Origin: a virus
Length of the DNA stretch: 64,000 bases
Direction: 5' to 3' (one strand)
IMG/VR virus record: IMGVR_UViG_3300034389_000010
Coordinates: 1-64,000 of that record
Shown: one piece after another, positions 54,256 to 62,731 of the stretch
How the letters are laid out: every line of letters starts with the position of its first letter
How positions within the stretch are numbered: the first letter of the stretch is position 1
The notes under the pieces: model-generated
Databases searched by the model: none
Told to the model about the DNA's origin: nothing
What the model saw: the letters and a program-made list of their open reading frames with translations, nothing else
Program-made: the position numbers and the translations under genes

Positions 54256-54903
54256 CCTGAATCGTGGCTGTGATTCATGGAAGCCCTCTAGAATCGCGTC
54301 TCCAGCGGGCGCCAGCTCCAGCGACTCTTTGGTCTGCGCTTGCAGGGCAACGGTGAAGCCGGCCAGCTTCTGCAGCGATTCCTTGAGATCCGCCGCAGGT
54401 GGCTCCTTGGCAATCGAGACGAGCATGTGCGCCAGCGGGGCTATGGGCAAGGGGAGGGCGTGCAGATTGAGCGACTGCAGGTTGCTCAGGCTTTCCTCGG
54501 CAAGGCCGCCATCGATCAGGCTGCGCGTCATGTTGCAGGTGGTGATCTGCAGGAGGCCTACGCCCTTGGCCTTGCAGAAGTCTTTGACTTGCGTCGCCAG
54601 CCGCTGGAGTTCGGCCTGGTCGTCCTCGCTCAGCTCGGCGCAGCGGTAGCTCTTGGCTTCCGGGGCCGGCTCGCTGGCGTTCGTCAGCGGCACCTCGATG
54701 CCGAGCATAGCCGCGACCTTGGCCGCGAACTCGGGATGCGCAGGTGTCTCTCCGCGCTCGAAGCGTGCCCAGTCTTCGGGCCGGATCTTGGTGGAGTAGG
54801 GTGGATGGCCGATCTTTTCGGCGCACTCGCGTATGGTCACGCCGAGGCGGGCGCGGGCTTCCTGGACGCGCTGGATCAGCGCGGGGGTGTCGATCGTCTG
54901 CAT
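54250..54903 (-). CDS. XRE-like HTH protein
   Basis: ARARLGVTIRECAEKIG...WARFERG. Confidence 0.7.
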   Translation of the reverse strand: MQTIDTPALIQRVQEARARLGVTIRECAEKIGHPPYSTKIRPEDWARFERGETPAHPEFAAKVAAMLGIEVPLTNASEPAPEAKSYRCAELSEDDQAELQRLATQVKDFCKAKGVGLLQITTCNMTRSLIDGGLAEESLSNLQSLNLHALPLPIAPLAHMLVSIAKEPPAADLKESLQKLAGFTVALQAQTKESLELAPAGDAILEGFHESQPRFRA

Positions 54904-54918
54904 GGTGATGTCCTGGTG
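54901..54918 (-). repeat. Start-associated repeat CACCAGGACATCACCATG
   Basis: 18/18 identical to 5866-5883. Confidence 0.8.
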
Positions 54919-54939
54919 TTTCTATTTATGGGGGTGGTG

Positions 54940-55395
54940 CTATCGGGTGTAGACAGGTACCGGCTCGCCGTCTCGCTCGCGGCTGCGCCAATGGGTGCCC
55001 TGGTCCTTGGTGATGACCAGGTCGTTGCGGCCGCCGGCGGCGGCGCCTAGTTGGAAGTGTCGCAGCTCCTTGGCATTGGCATAGCCGAGCAGGGTAGGGG
55101 CGTCGGCCAGGGGTAGAGGGTAGATAGCGAAGCCCATGCCGCCGGCTGCAATCTCGCCACCAGGGTGCGCCTTTCGCCAGGCATCAAGCCGCTCATAGGC
55201 TGCATCACGCTCGGCATCCGTCGCATCGTCGCCCCACCAGCCGGGATGAGTGGCATGGTAGGCCTGCAGCTCGGCGTGCCACTTCTTGGCACGATCCTCA
55301 TCCAGGAACGCCTGCAGCAGATCCGGCGTCTCGTAGTCGGTGGTGGTCATCACCAGGTAGACGCTGGCCAGCGCGGGGGAGGGTAGGGTGCTCAT
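54940..55395 (-). CDS. W-x3-HP-x-G domain protein (1 copy)
   Basis: Paralogous to two upstream genes. Confidence 0.65.
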   Translation of the reverse strand: MSTLPSPALASVYLVMTTTDYETPDLLQAFLDEDRAKKWHAELQAYHATHPGWWGDDATDAERDAAYERLDAWRKAHPGGEIAAGGMGFAIYPLPLADAPTLLGYANAKELRHFQLGAAAGGRNDLVITKDQGTHWRSRERDGEPVPVYTR

Positions 55396-56003
55396 GCGGG
55401 CGTCCCCCAAGCCGAGACATCCAGCCACTCGATCGGCGCGACCACAAAGCCCCGGCAGCGGGCGGCATCGATGCCGCAGGGATGCTTGGCCACCCAATCC
55501 GTCAGCGCCGTGCGAGCGGCCTGCAGCTCGATTGGTCCCAAGCTCTGCCAGTCAGGCTCCTCGGGCTTCTGGTCGTGGTGCGCCTGCATGGCCGCGCAGA
55601 TCCGGGCGGCCTCGGCCTGGTCCGGATGCCAGCCAACCAGCTGCAGGTGGGTGTCGAACTCGGCGGACACCACATAGACCGGTTTGCCCGGCTCGACGTC
55701 GGCGCTGCTCGCGGGTGGCGTAGTCTGCTCATTCTGCGGGAAAGGCTCGACCTTGAAGCCGTCGTAGTTGGCCGCCAGGCTCCCGCCCGGATGCTGTAAT
55801 GCCCAATTCTGCAGCCTGGCCCGAGCCGTGGTATCGCCTGGCTCGGCCGCCGGCGGCCTGGCGCGCTGATAGGCATTCAGCTCCTCGCAGTGCTCGATCG
55901 CTCGGGCTTCGGTGCCGATCAGCAGCGCGTACTTGAAGTCATCGCCGCCGTGGCCGACCACCACATAGAGCGGATCATCCGGTAACTCGCTGGCGGCGTT
56001 CAT
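55392..56003 (-). CDS. W-x3-HP-x-G domain protein (2 copies)
   Basis: Internal duplication. Confidence 0.65.
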   Translation of the reverse strand: MNAASELPDDPLYVVVGHGGDDFKYALLIGTEARAIEHCEELNAYQRARPPAAEPGDTTARARLQNWALQHPGGSLAANYDGFKVEPFPQNEQTTPPASSADVEPGKPVYVVSAEFDTHLQLVGWHPDQAEAARICAAMQAHHDQKPEEPDWQSLGPIELQAARTALTDWVAKHPCGIDAARCRGFVVAPIEWLDVSAWGTPA

Positions 56004-56350
56004 GGCAGCTTGTCCAGGGTGGCGAGCTTGGTGCTATCCAGGAACGGCCGCGACAGCGTCTCGAAGCCGGCCACGTTGTAGGATCGGTTTTCGCCTACCG
56101 GATGGAGCAGCCGCCATTTATTCAAGGCGTCCCGCCGCTTGAAGCCTTCGTCAGGGCTGTGGTCGCGCGAATTGCCCAGCTCGGGCTGCTGCTCGTGGTA
56201 GCGCTGCAGCTTGGCCACCGCCTCGTCGGCGATCTCTTCGCTGTCGGCAAACCAGAGCACGATCAGATGGCCATCCGTGTGTCGCATGCACACGGCATGG
56301 CCGTAGCGCGGCCCGTTGCCTGATCCGTTGTCTTGTGGCATCGTTTGCAT
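56000..56350 (-). CDS. W-x3-HP-x-G domain protein (1 copy)
   Basis: GAGGGG RBS before ATG 56350. Confidence 0.6.
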   Translation of the reverse strand: MQTMPQDNGSGNGPRYGHAVCMRHTDGHLIVLWFADSEEIADEAVAKLQRYHEQQPELGNSRDHSPDEGFKRRDALNKWRLLHPVGENRSYNVAGFETLSRPFLDSTKLATLDKLP

Positions 56351-56440
56351 CCCCTCTGTTGTACCTCTTGATTCACCCATCCGCGTGACCCTCCCGAAAA
56401 ACTGACCCGAAAGCCAAGCGGGACAGGTACGAATGGGCTC

Positions 56441-56468
56441 CTTTAACATAATCGGTATTATGCGAAGT
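56441..56468 (-). other. XerC/XerD dif-like recombination site ACTTCGCATAA-TACCGA-TTATGTTAAAG
   Basis: 11-6-11 layout; XerD arm matches TTATGTTAAAT at 10/11; XerC arm ends TTCGCATAA; intergenic. Confidence 0.85.
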
Positions 56469-56540
56469 CAAGCCAAAGCCGGGCAGGGCGACCGGACGCA
56501 GATTCCACGTCAGGCCGCGCACTATGGACGGCTTCCCGGC

Positions 56541-56768
56541 CTAGCTGCTTGCCCAGTCCAGCACCGACTGTTCGTAGGGTTGGAGTGAGCCGTTAACTTC
56601 CCGGATCTCTTCGGCAGCCTGGCGGCAGTTCGCTTTCAGCTGCTCCACAGTGATGCCGTGGAGCGCCGCCACGCTGTTGGCGTTCTTGGGGCCGCCGCCG
56701 TCGCGGATTCCCAGGAACTGCATGTGATGTACTGGCGCGCCTTCAAAGGGATTTTTGCTATCGCTCAT
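56541..56768 (-). CDS. Hypothetical protein
   Basis: GGAG RBS. Confidence 0.6.
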   Translation of the reverse strand: MSDSKNPFEGAPVHHMQFLGIRDGGGPKNANSVAALHGITVEQLKANCRQAAEEIREVNGSLQPYEQSVLDWASS

Positions 56769-56815
56769 AGGTGAATCTCCATGCTGCCGGCAGCACCGGC
56801 GGTTTCGTTACGTTG

Positions 56816-57022
56816 CTATTCTGCCAAGTAGTCGTCGGGCAGGTACCGTAGGGATTTCAGCGCCTGACCGTGGCCATCGGTCCAGTCGATCGCCTCGGCA
56901 CTGTTCGGCTTGTGCGGGCACTCTTCGCCCAGGCCATCCATCTGCGCCAGGTAGCCAGCCACCCAAGCGCGCGTGCGGTACCGGCCTGCACCGGTACGCT
57001 GGGCGTCCAGGTGGCTTGGCAT
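56816..57022 (-). CDS. Rmf/CrpP-fold-like small protein
   Basis: GY.A...G....CP.......W..G pattern. Confidence 0.5.
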   Translation of the reverse strand: MPSHLDAQRTGAGRYRTRAWVAGYLAQMDGLGEECPHKPNSAEAIDWTDGHGQALKSLRYLPDDYLAE

Positions 57023-57288
57023 CAGTATTCGCCTCGCATCAGGCCGTCATCGTCCGGACCGTAGGCGCCATCGCCACCGTCGTACATGCCGTCCAGGGAC
57101 GCCACCACCAGGCGGCCCAAGGTGCTGCGATCATGCTCCGCGCGCAGCGAGCCGGAGCCGCTACCCCCGAACACCTCAAGGCCCAGCTTTTGCGCCTCTT
57201 TGGCGTAGCGCGAGAGTCCCCGAGCGATCCGGGCGACCTCTTTAGGGTCCACGCCCGCAGCGTGGCACTCATCCTCGTAAACGTGCAT
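57022..57288 (-). CDS. Hypothetical phage protein (GGSGSGSLR..DGGD)
   Basis: GGAG RBS. Confidence 0.6.
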   Translation of the reverse strand: MHVYEDECHAAGVDPKEVARIARGLSRYAKEAQKLGLEVFGGSGSGSLRAEHDRSTLGRLVVASLDGMYDGGDGAYGPDDDGLMRGEY

Positions 57289-57327
57289 CCGTCTGTCTCC
57301 CCATGGCCGAACTTCTGGCCTAAACTA

Positions 57328-57343
57328 CTGTTTATAGATACAG
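57328..57343. promoter_or_regulatory. LexA (SOS) box CTGT-TTATAGAT-ACAG
   Basis: Near-consensus TACTGT-N8-ACAGCA in divergent intergenic gap. Confidence 0.85.
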
Positions 57344-57362
57344 CACTTTACGGACAATTCCC

Positions 57363-57749
57363 ATGTATCTCTGTCACACGCTGATCGAACAGATCGACGG
57401 CCAGAACGACATGCTCGGCGAGGGACCCGCTGATGAGGTCGAGCGCCTGCGCATCGCTCTGCTCAATCGCACCGCCCTGGCCGCGCACCTGTCGCGCGAG
57501 TGCGAGGATGCCCAGCTCAAGGCCAACGACCTGCTGGCCTGGGTGAAGCGCCTCATCGCCGAAAACCGCCAGTACCGCCAGGCGCTGGGCCTGGAATCGC
57601 TCGATCCGCCGCACCTGCCACCGCGCTATCCGGATAGCGCCCTGGCCAAGGCCCTAGGCGCCACCCGGTCCCCGATCGCGTTCGATCCGAACGACGACTA
57701 CCCGGTGCGCAGCACCTACCAGCTGCCGCTGCTACCAACGGTAAAGTAG
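57363..57749 (+). CDS. SOS-boxed coiled-coil hypothetical protein
   Basis: Only + strand gene here, 19 nt after LexA box. Confidence 0.65.
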   Translation: MYLCHTLIEQIDGQNDMLGEGPADEVERLRIALLNRTALAAHLSRECEDAQLKANDLLAWVKRLIAENRQYRQALGLESLDPPHLPPRYPDSALAKALGATRSPIAFDPNDDYPVRSTYQLPLLPTVK

Positions 57750-57902
57750 CCGGGGCGCATGCCCTGGCCAGGCCTATACTGTCGCCGAGGCCCTGGGGCG
57801 GCGCAGGGTTGGTGCCTACTAGCAGCGGGCAGGCGATACAGCGAACCGATCTGATCAACCGGGACGCCGTGCCGCTGGAACCGCTGCACTGCCGCTTCCC
57901 TC

Positions 57903-58388
57903 CTAACTCCGGCGGCGCTGCTCGATTTTGAACGCCACCGTTCCTCGCGCCGGCTCCAAGCCCAGGATGTGTTCGATGATGTCCCTCCTGGTCGGCATGC
58001 CCATCTTGCGCCGTTCTTCCTCATCGGCCACCAGTTCCTGATTGACCGCTTCCAATGCCGCAGCGGCTTCCCCTTCGGTGTAACCGGCGAGGCCGATCGG
58101 GATCTTGTTGATGCTATTGATGGCGGCGCCGATCAAGCGACTACGCAGGTCAATGGCGCCCTTATCGCTTGCTGACGGCGCCTGGCTGTACGCCTCGGCG
58201 AGCCATTCATAGTCGATCACCAGTGTGCGGCTGCTATCGCGACCACGAATGATCCTGTAGGTCAGCTGATCCGGGACAAGCGCCTGTAGATCCCAGCGCG
58301 CGGACAGCCACTCCGGGAACATCTGCTCGACAGACGCATAGGGTGGGAGATCCAGAGTCTGCAGATTGAAGGGGTTGTGCTTGGTCAT
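57903..58388 (-). CDS. Hypothetical protein
   Basis: ATGA coupling with upstream gene. Confidence 0.55.
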   Translation of the reverse strand: MTKHNPFNLQTLDLPPYASVEQMFPEWLSARWDLQALVPDQLTYRIIRGRDSSRTLVIDYEWLAEAYSQAPSASDKGAIDLRSRLIGAAINSINKIPIGLAGYTEGEAAAALEAVNQELVADEEERRKMGMPTRRDIIEHILGLEPARGTVAFKIEQRRRS

Positions 58389-59023
58389 GGTCGGTTGTCC
58401 TGGCCACAGTGGTGGCAATCCGCGAGGTACTGCTGGGGGTAATAGATGAAGCGGCCGCAGCCGGTGCAGTTCATGCGATCGGGCTTTGGCTTGCGCGCCT
58501 TCTGCAGCTCGATGCCGGTACCGCGCAGCGCCTGGGCGAGCTGTACGTTCTGCCGGTGGACCAGGCGCCGTGCCTTGCTCTCTATATAAAGGAGGGGCCA
58601 GGCGGTGCATCCCTCGCCCAGGGCGATCTCCAGATCCTCCTCGCTCCAGGCCTTGCGCGCGAGATCCAGCACCGGGCCGCGCTGGCCGTGGCTGGTGAGC
58701 CAGATCAGATCGTTCCCGTTCCAGTCCTTTGGTACCTGGAGCACTACCGGGCCGCCCTGAGTGCGGAGCGGTTCCGCCTCCTGCGGCCGGACGTACTGGC
58801 AGTCAACGCCCCGGTGCGCGCGCTGCTCGATGTAGGTCGCCGGCCAGGGCACGTCCGTCTCGCGGCAGTCGTGCTGGCCCTGCGCCTGGTCCTGGGTGAA
58901 GCGCTCGGCCCGGTCGATGTTGGTGGTGTAGCCGCCGCCGAGTGCCCAAAACATGAGCCCGTCGCCGGTGTGTGATCGCGAGTCCTGCAGGAGGAACGCC
59001 TGCTCGATGCGTGGTTGCTGCAC
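58385..59023 (-). CDS. Hypothetical protein with internal duplication and C-terminal zinc ribbon
   Basis: LQ....GN/D.L.W repeats; CTGC...CHHC. Confidence 0.7.
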   Translation of the reverse strand: MQQPRIEQAFLLQDSRSHTGDGLMFWALGGGYTTNIDRAERFTQDQAQGQHDCRETDVPWPATYIEQRAHRGVDCQYVRPQEAEPLRTQGGPVVLQVPKDWNGNDLIWLTSHGQRGPVLDLARKAWSEEDLEIALGEGCTAWPLLYIESKARRLVHRQNVQLAQALRGTGIELQKARKPKPDRMNCTGCGRFIYYPQQYLADCHHCGQDNRP

Positions 59024-59039
59024 GATGATGTCCTTGGTG
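59021..59039 (-). repeat. Variant start-associated repeat CACCAAGGACATCATCGTG
   Basis: Degenerate copy at GTG start. Confidence 0.55.
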
Positions 59040-59067
59040 TGCAGCTCTATGGCCGCATCGATGAGTG

Positions 59068-59502
59068 TTACTGGGTGTGGCGCTGTTGGCCCTTATTAGG
59101 CCCACTCCACGGGGTCTCTACCAAAACGGTCATACCGACTTTGTCATTTTCCAGGTAGCTGACGACCTGGCTGCAGCCGGCGCTTTCCGCTTGCTCGACG
59201 GTCAGGCAGTCGAAGAACTCCCCTTCCGTTGCCTTCATCCGGCGTATGGCCCGGTGGACTACTTCGGCGTCCTGAATAACGACTTCGCGACTGCGCAATA
59301 GCCCTTCAATGACAGTAATCGGGGCGTCGGGACTTACCTTTTCATCAAGGGCAAGCGTCGTGTACAGGTCCAGCATCACCGAGGTGGAAATATAGATGCT
59401 CGCCTCGCCTAACGAGCCTATTAGGCCATTTGCGTGAGCCGACTGCTGCAGGTCGTCTTGCAGTAGATAGCGCAGCAGGACATCTGTATTGAGGGCGATC
59501 AT
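59068..59502 (-). CDS. vapC: PIN-domain VapC-like toxin (atypical active-site residues)
   Basis: MIALNTDVLLRYLL.DD..Q, F.DCL; downstream of AbrB gene. Confidence 0.8.
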   Translation of the reverse strand: MIALNTDVLLRYLLQDDLQQSAHANGLIGSLGEASIYISTSVMLDLYTTLALDEKVSPDAPITVIEGLLRSREVVIQDAEVVHRAIRRMKATEGEFFDCLTVEQAESAGCSQVVSYLENDKVGMTVLVETPWSGPNKGQQRHTQ

Positions 59503-59699
59503 TGGCTGGCTCCGCCTTTCGTTGCGACTTTGAGCAGCCCGCACAGCTCCTTGATCGAGCGCGTGGCGGGGATGAAAGAAAACTCATTGGGGCCAATCTG
59601 GACGAACTCGATGCGGTCACCGGCCTGTAGGCCAAGCCGCTCGCGGACGTCGGCCGGGATGGTGATCTGCCCTTTGCTGGTGATCGTTGCGGTACTCAT
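59499..59699 (-). CDS. AbrB/MazE-fold antitoxin
   Basis: TITSKGQITIP..VR..LGL..GDRIEF. Confidence 0.9.
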   Translation of the reverse strand: MSTATITSKGQITIPADVRERLGLQAGDRIEFVQIGPNEFSFIPATRSIKELCGLLKVATKGGASQ

Positions 59700-59873
59700 T
59701 GAATTTCGCCTTACCTTGAAGTCAGGTTTCAATATATCTGACAGGAACGACGTCGGATAGTCCCGGCCAGCGCCGGTTTTCTGTGCTCCGCATCACGCTC
59801 GATCGCCCTGGGCAATGGCCAATATTGATTGCCCCATGGGCATGGCGCCATGATCACGACCCCATCTATAATG

Positions 59874-59910
59874 GGCATGGCTAATTTCCTCATGCTTAAT
59901 TAGCCATGCC
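59874..59910. repeat. Perfect 13-bp inverted repeat GGCATGGCTAATT/AATTAGCCATGCC within CATG-rich par operator/centromere candidate (59810-59910)
   Basis: Directly visible upstream of parA. Confidence 0.8.
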
Positions 59911-59939
59911 AAATAACTAATAGATCGCAAGGAATCACC

Positions 59940-60599
59940 ATGGGCCAAATCATCATCATCGGCGGCAACAAAGGCGGCAGCGCCAAGACCGCTACCTGCA
60001 TCCAGCTAGCCGTCCAGCTCGCCCACATTGGCGCTGACTTCCTGGTCGTGAACGCCGACCCGCAGAAGTCGATGGCCAACTTCGTGCGCTATCGCCAGCA
60101 GCATGGCGTGACCCCGGCCATTCCCTTGGCCGAGGCCTACGGTGACATCTCCACCCAGCTGCATACGCATGCCAAGAAGTACGACATCGTGCTGGTGGAC
60201 GTTGCCGGCCGTAACAGCGCCGAGCTGGTCACCGGCCTGCTGGTGGCTGATCAGGTCATCGCGCCGCATCAATCCACCCAGGTGGATCTCGATACGCTGG
60301 AAGAGCTGGCCACCCAGGTCCGTGTGGCCCGGATGCGCGGTAATAACCCGGATCTGCGCGCTCGCGCATACCAGACCATCACCAGCACCCATCGCCACAA
60401 GGGGCCGATCGAGCGTCAGGAGTTCCTGACCTTTGTGAAAGAGTTTCCCGAGTTGGAAGCCATGGAGTCAGCGAGTAACTACCGGTCCGTCTACCGTTCG
60501 AGCTTTGGCGAGGGCAAGGGTGTGACCGAGTGCGACGACGAGAAAGCAGCGGCCGAAGCGGTCGCTCTGTTCAATGAGGTATTTCCCCAATGGTCATGA
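59940..60599 (+). CDS. parA: ParA partition ATPase (short, type Ib)
   Basis: KGGSAKT deviant Walker A, ADPQ, VLVDVAG. Confidence 0.9.
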   Translation: MGQIIIIGGNKGGSAKTATCIQLAVQLAHIGADFLVVNADPQKSMANFVRYRQQHGVTPAIPLAEAYGDISTQLHTHAKKYDIVLVDVAGRNSAELVTGLLVADQVIAPHQSTQVDLDTLEELATQVRVARMRGNNPDLRARAYQTITSTHRHKGPIERQEFLTFVKEFPELEAMESASNYRSVYRSSFGEGKGVTECDDEKAAAEAVALFNEVFPQWS

Positions 60600-60955
60600 C
60601 CCCAAGCCAAAAACGCGCCCTGGCTGAAAGAGCTGAGCGCCCTGCGCCAGACCCCAAGGTCGCGCAGGAGATCGCCGAGGAGTTCGCGGGCCGTACCTAC
60701 GGCGAGTCCAAGCCGCCCGTTGCCGCGCCTGAGCCCGCCCAGGCCGCGCCTGCTGCATCGCCAGGCCGTGGCCGCCCCGCTGCAGCGGTACCGCGCCGAT
60801 CGATCACCCTGAGCCTTCCTGAGCCTATGGTGGAAGCGCTGGAGCTGGCAGCGTTCCAGAACAAGCGCGCCAAGACGGGCGAGAAGACGTCAAGCGGCCT
60901 GGTCGAAAAGGCGCTGGCGGAAGCGGGATGGCCGGTGGACGTGCCGCAGGAATGA
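60590..60955 (+). CDS. ParA partner, probable ribbon-helix-helix centromere-binding protein
   Basis: Disordered N-terminus, SITLSLP..L...S.LVE.AL RHH pattern. Confidence 0.7.
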   Translation: MVMTPSQKRALAERAERPAPDPKVAQEIAEEFAGRTYGESKPPVAAPEPAQAAPAASPGRGRPAAAVPRRSITLSLPEPMVEALELAAFQNKRAKTGEKTSSGLVEKALAEAGWPVDVPQE

Positions 60956-60979
60956 AAAGGGGCGCTAAGGCGCCCCTTT
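60956..60979. terminator. Bidirectional hairpin AAAGGGGCGC-TAAG-GCGCCCCTTT
   Basis: Between convergent genes. Confidence 0.7.
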
Positions 60980-61270
60980 CGCTTTGAGGTATTCGATGTA
61001 CCCCTGGGGGCCACCCAGTACCTGGGACATCGTCAGCGCCTCATCAGCGGCCGCATGGGTGCGGATCCGCTGCTGCTCGATCTGCACCTGGATGGCCACG
61101 GTGTCGAAGTGGCTCCAGGTCAGCTGGCCGGCGAGGATGGAGATCGCCCCAGCCACGCCCAGGGCGAGCATGGTGAGGCGATTGCCGAGCGTGGGTGTCA
61201 TGCGATACCAGCGGTAGCTGAATAGGCCCAGCAGCAGGCCGAGGGCGGTGAAGGCAAGCATGACGTTCAC
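60965..61270 (-). CDS. Small two-TM membrane protein
   Basis: Two hydrophobic segments. Confidence 0.6.
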   Translation of the reverse strand: MNVMLAFTALGLLLGLFSYRWYRMTPTLGNRLTMLALGVAGAISILAGQLTWSHFDTVAIQVQIEQQRIRTHAAADEALTMSQVLGGPQGYIEYLKAKGAP

Positions 61271-61273
61271 GGG

Positions 61274-61633
61274 TCAGGACTCCAGGCGAAACTCGATTCG
61301 CCAGCACAGGGGGTTCATGATGGCCTGCCCGTGCGTGCGCCCGTGCCGGTCATCCCAGGCGTTCGAGAATAGAGCCCAGCTGTCGTACCCCTCGCGGGTG
61401 ATTTCCGACTCATCGATGTCCTCCAGGGGCACGATGCTCGCGGCCTGGATTCTCGCCATGATCAGTGGCCCGACCTTGCCGAAAGGCAGGCCCTCGATCA
61501 GCTCCAGCCGCTGGCCCGCGTAGAACTGCGGATCTCCCAGGCTCTTGGCCTGCTCGAAGGGCACCCGGTGGACCGTCTTGCGTCCCTCGCGCACCGCCTG
61601 GGCGAGCGCTGGGGTCAGGGTGATGCCGCTCAC
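61274..61633 (-). CDS. ASCH domain protein
   Basis: GRKTVHR...L.DI...E...EG....F...W...NP..W.IEF. Confidence 0.8.
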   Translation of the reverse strand: MSGITLTPALAQAVREGRKTVHRVPFEQAKSLGDPQFYAGQRLELIEGLPFGKVGPLIMARIQAASIVPLEDIDESEITREGYDSWALFSNAWDDRHGRTHGQAIMNPLCWRIEFRLES

Positions 61634-62463
61634 TGAGCGGCTTCCTTGGCGGCAGACAGGGCCGACTCGGCGCGATCAAGCCGGGCGCAGGCCTCTACCA
61701 CCTGTTTTTCAGCCTCGGCGATGGCGGCCTTGTGCAGGGCCTCGCGGGCGCTCGTGGGTACCGGTGCGCCGAACTTCTCCAGATAGCCGATAAAGGATTC
61801 GAGCGCCCGCGCGGTGGGCGTCTTTTCCTGATTGAGGTAGTTGGCCAGCATCTGTTCGACCATTTCCACAGCCTTGGCGGTGGCCTCCTCCAGAGAGAAG
61901 CATGGCCAGGCCTCATGGCTGCTGCCCGAGCCGTCCGAGTAGCTGTTCAGTCGGTACTCCAGGTCTCCCATGGCATTCCCGAACAGCGACAGCAGGCGCG
62001 CCTTGCCATTCCAGCCTGTGTCCGACAGGTCATCCGCTGCTCTGATGCCGACCACGCCGTACTCGACACTGACCACATGCGTGACCCGGCCAGCCAGCAC
62101 GTCATCGATGCGCTGCAGCACCTGGTGCTGCTTGAGGCGGTCCAGGAGAGCGCCATGGTCGATCTTGGCGGCGCTGAGCTGGCTATTGAGGTCTGCCAGT
62201 TCCTTGCGCCGGCTGGCCAGCTGCTCGTCCAGGGTGGCGATCTGCTGCGCCCGGCGGCCGATCGGCGGCTCAGCATGCAGAGGGCCGTGGTGGATGATGT
62301 CCGGGCCTTCGTGGGTCACTTCGTTGCCGGCGCCGTCGAAGGTGTCGAATCGGGCCGAGACGACGTGGCCATGACCGGGGACCGTGGTGGCGTAGGTGTA
62401 TTCGTGGCCCTCGCCGTCATAGACGGTCTGGCCCTGCTCGAACTGCTGGGATTGTGCTTGCAT
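61630..62463 (-). CDS. Hypothetical coiled-coil phage protein
   Basis: Starts at start-associated repeat. Confidence 0.65.
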   Translation of the reverse strand: MQAQSQQFEQGQTVYDGEGHEYTYATTVPGHGHVVSARFDTFDGAGNEVTHEGPDIIHHGPLHAEPPIGRRAQQIATLDEQLASRRKELADLNSQLSAAKIDHGALLDRLKQHQVLQRIDDVLAGRVTHVVSVEYGVVGIRAADDLSDTGWNGKARLLSLFGNAMGDLEYRLNSYSDGSGSSHEAWPCFSLEEATAKAVEMVEQMLANYLNQEKTPTARALESFIGYLEKFGAPVPTSAREALHKAAIAEAEKQVVEACARLDRAESALSAAKEAAQ

Positions 62464-62477
62464 GGTGATGTCCTGGT
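62461..62477 (-). repeat. Start-associated repeat ACCAGGACATCACCATG
   Basis: Exact core copy. Confidence 0.8.
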
Positions 62478-62518
62478 CGATCTCGTTATGGGATGCCCGG
62501 CGAACCGGGCTATGTGGG

Positions 62519-62731
62519 TCAGGCGTTAACGCGCGTGAGGTAATTGCAGATGTCGCGGGCGGTGCTGGTGCCGCATCCGTACACCTGGGCCAGGGCGACA
62601 TAACCGCCCTTGCCGGCGGCGTACTGCCTGCGCATCGCCTGTACCTGGTCGAAGGTCAGTCGCGCCTTGGGATGGCTGGCGCCACAGCGGTGACCGCTGG
62701 GCGCTCGCGTGATGCGGCTGCTGGTCTTCAC
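62519..62731 (-). CDS. Small HTH DNA-binding protein
   Basis: G..HP.A.LT..QV..MR.....LA..YG....T.RDI. Confidence 0.65.
   Translation of the reverse strand: MKTSSRITRAPSGHRCGASHPKARLTFDQVQAMRRQYAAGKGGYVALAQVYGCGTSTARDICNYLTRVNA

Noticed and set aside
54061-54273. 70-aa ORF in the CATG array
   Set aside because: Atypical codons, no RBS; region looks non-coding
54451-56488. KOPS-like GGGNAGGG octamers near the dif-like site (54451, 55092, 55376, 55381, 56481)
   Set aside because: Most are explained by Pro/Leu codons on the coding strand; no polarity switch at the site could be shown
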